A DNA stretch of 64,000 nt from Eledone cirrhosa. Lineage: Eukaryota. The translations under genes were made by a program, and so were the position numbers. The notes beneath the pieces were generated by a model, which saw nothing but the letters and a program-made list of their open reading frames with translations, had not been told where the DNA came from and ran no database searches. Below, piece by piece: positions 62,155-64,000 of this stretch (positions are counted from its first letter, which is position 1; every line of letters starts with the position of its first letter). The stretch covers positions 65,720,001 through 65,784,000 of the forward strand of contig OZ024745.1 in assembly GCA_964016885.1 (NCBI GenBank), read 5' to 3'.

Positions 62155-62569
62155 ATATAATTACATATACATATGTGTGTGTATATATTGTATACGTGTG
62201 CGTGTTTGTGCATGTATGTGTATGTATGTGTTTATGTATTTGTATATGTATATTTATGTGTGAGAGTGTGTGTATGTGTTTACTATTTCGTACGTATGTA
62301 TACGTGCATTTGTGTGTATTACTTACCACGCGTGTCTGTCCAGTTAGCTGCCTTATGTAACGGTGTCAAATATTTTTAATATATATATATATATTTTTTT
62401 ATATTTATTTGCGTGTGTGAATATGTAGAGGAGTGCATTTATGTATGTGTATGTATGTACGTGTGTATATATGTATGATTGTGTGAATGTATGTATGTAT
62501 ATATATATGTGTGTGTATGGCTATGTTTGTATATGTGTATGCTTGTACACACATATATGTATGCATATG

Positions 62570-62638
<69 letters not shown>

Positions 62639-62900
62639 ATGAGTGTATGTGTATATGTGTATGTATGTGTGTGTGTATATATGTGTATGTATATATATGT
62701 GTATATGTATATTTGTATATATATATATATGTATATATATATATGTGTGTGTATGTATGCTTTTGTGTTTTTTTTGTGTGTGTGTTTGCATGTGTAGTTT
62801 TATTTTATTTTTCCTTTCCTTCTTCCTTCTCCAGCCTCACTTTCATATAGATTGCATTTTTGTTTTTTTAAATCCAAATTCAATAAACAAACCAGGATTT

Positions 62901-62960
62901 TTTCATTCTGAGGATTGAAAGCAAAACCTTTTGCTTTTAAGAAACCACTGGTAAATGGAA
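62901..62960 (+). ncRNA. Hammerhead module 2 (intact core, GUA site)
   Basis: tttcatt CTGAGGA ttgaaagcaaaa cc ttttgcttttaa GAAA ccactgg TA aatggaa. The inverted sister at ~59417-59459 has an internal deletion. Confidence 0.85.
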
Positions 62961-62992
62961 TAATTGCCTTATGTTGTTTATTACATAATAAT

Positions 62993-63051
<59 letters not shown>

Positions 63052-64000
63052 TATAGAGAGAGAGAGAGAGAGAATTATATATATACATGTGTGTGTGTGT
63101 AAGCGTCTTTATTTGATTTTCTCAGTCAGAATATTTGTTAGTATTCAGTCTCTTTCATATAGTACTATTCTTTTATTTGGTAGCGGTCTCATAGCACATT
63201 CTGAGAAATGTGCTGCGATTATCAAACTTCCTACCTCATTGCCTTCTAGTAAATTAGTATTATATTATGTCTTGTATTGCATAAAATTATGATTATATCA
63301 CGTACTGCTTGGCTAAGCACGAACTTTCTTATTTACAAAGTAGAAGATTGCGAATTTAATATTCTCATTAAATTTGCCAACAGGATTATGAAGTAAACAC
63401 GGTTTATTTTCTTTTGGCTATTTATACATAATTATGCACTGATTGCTTTTGAATAAATGACAACTAACTCACTGTATTTTGAAAATGTTCATCCAAAAAT
63501 GTTCAGGTTACCAAAGTTGATTTTTTATTGTATTTCGGTTTATAGCTCTATCCAATAGTAGATTCAACTACAGTTATAAAGTGGAATGAAGATAATAGAA
63601 TATATATAAGGACCAGAAATATCCATTCTTCTAGCCTGTCAACTTGACACTCTATCAAATGCTTGGTGAGTACATTTTCTGTGGTTATTGTGGAGATATA
63701 TTTCCTGTATAGTTCTGAAATTTAACTGTTATATTTAACTAATTTTAATTAGTATTTTTCTGACGATTTACGTTGGTTATAATGATGAACGTAAGTCACG
63801 ACTCGTGACTCACGAGGATATTAATACTTGATTTGTATTACATTGTTCCATTATTATCTCGTTTTATTTCATATTAGAAATCCATTTACAGTTGAGAGTC
63901 GAATCATAATAATATTCAATTTCTGCAGTTTAGAAAATAAAACAAAGTGGAAAGGAAACGGTCCCCCACAGATACCCGCTCTCTTAGCATGGATTTAATG

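Overview
AT-rich, microsatellite-laden eukaryotic non-genic DNA. The SINE families suggest an octopod cephalopod genome (inference). No host gene can be confidently called, and most ORFs in the supplied track are translations of (TA)n/(CA)n repeats. The dominant hidden signal is a dense set of Penelope-like retroelement (PLE) and retrozyme-like remnants. Reading both strands I find about 20 intact, degenerate or half type I hammerhead ribozyme (HHR) motifs, in roughly a dozen families that look unrelated by eye. The pattern is stem I-CUGANGA-stem II-GAAA-short, often palindromic stem III-UH-stem I, often followed by AATAAA. Most are inserted in (TA)n tracts, and many are arranged as fold-back inverted repeats or 1.2-2-mer tandems. 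Four GIY-YIG endonuclease remnants are present (33.6, 35.3, 52.1, 60.8 kb), plus a weaker candidate at 30-31 kb. The window also holds tRNA-derived SINEs, RTE LINE 3' ends, two Tc1/mariner-type MITEs, a non-autonomous Helitron and minisatellites. All structures were derived by eye; none was computationally folded or searched.
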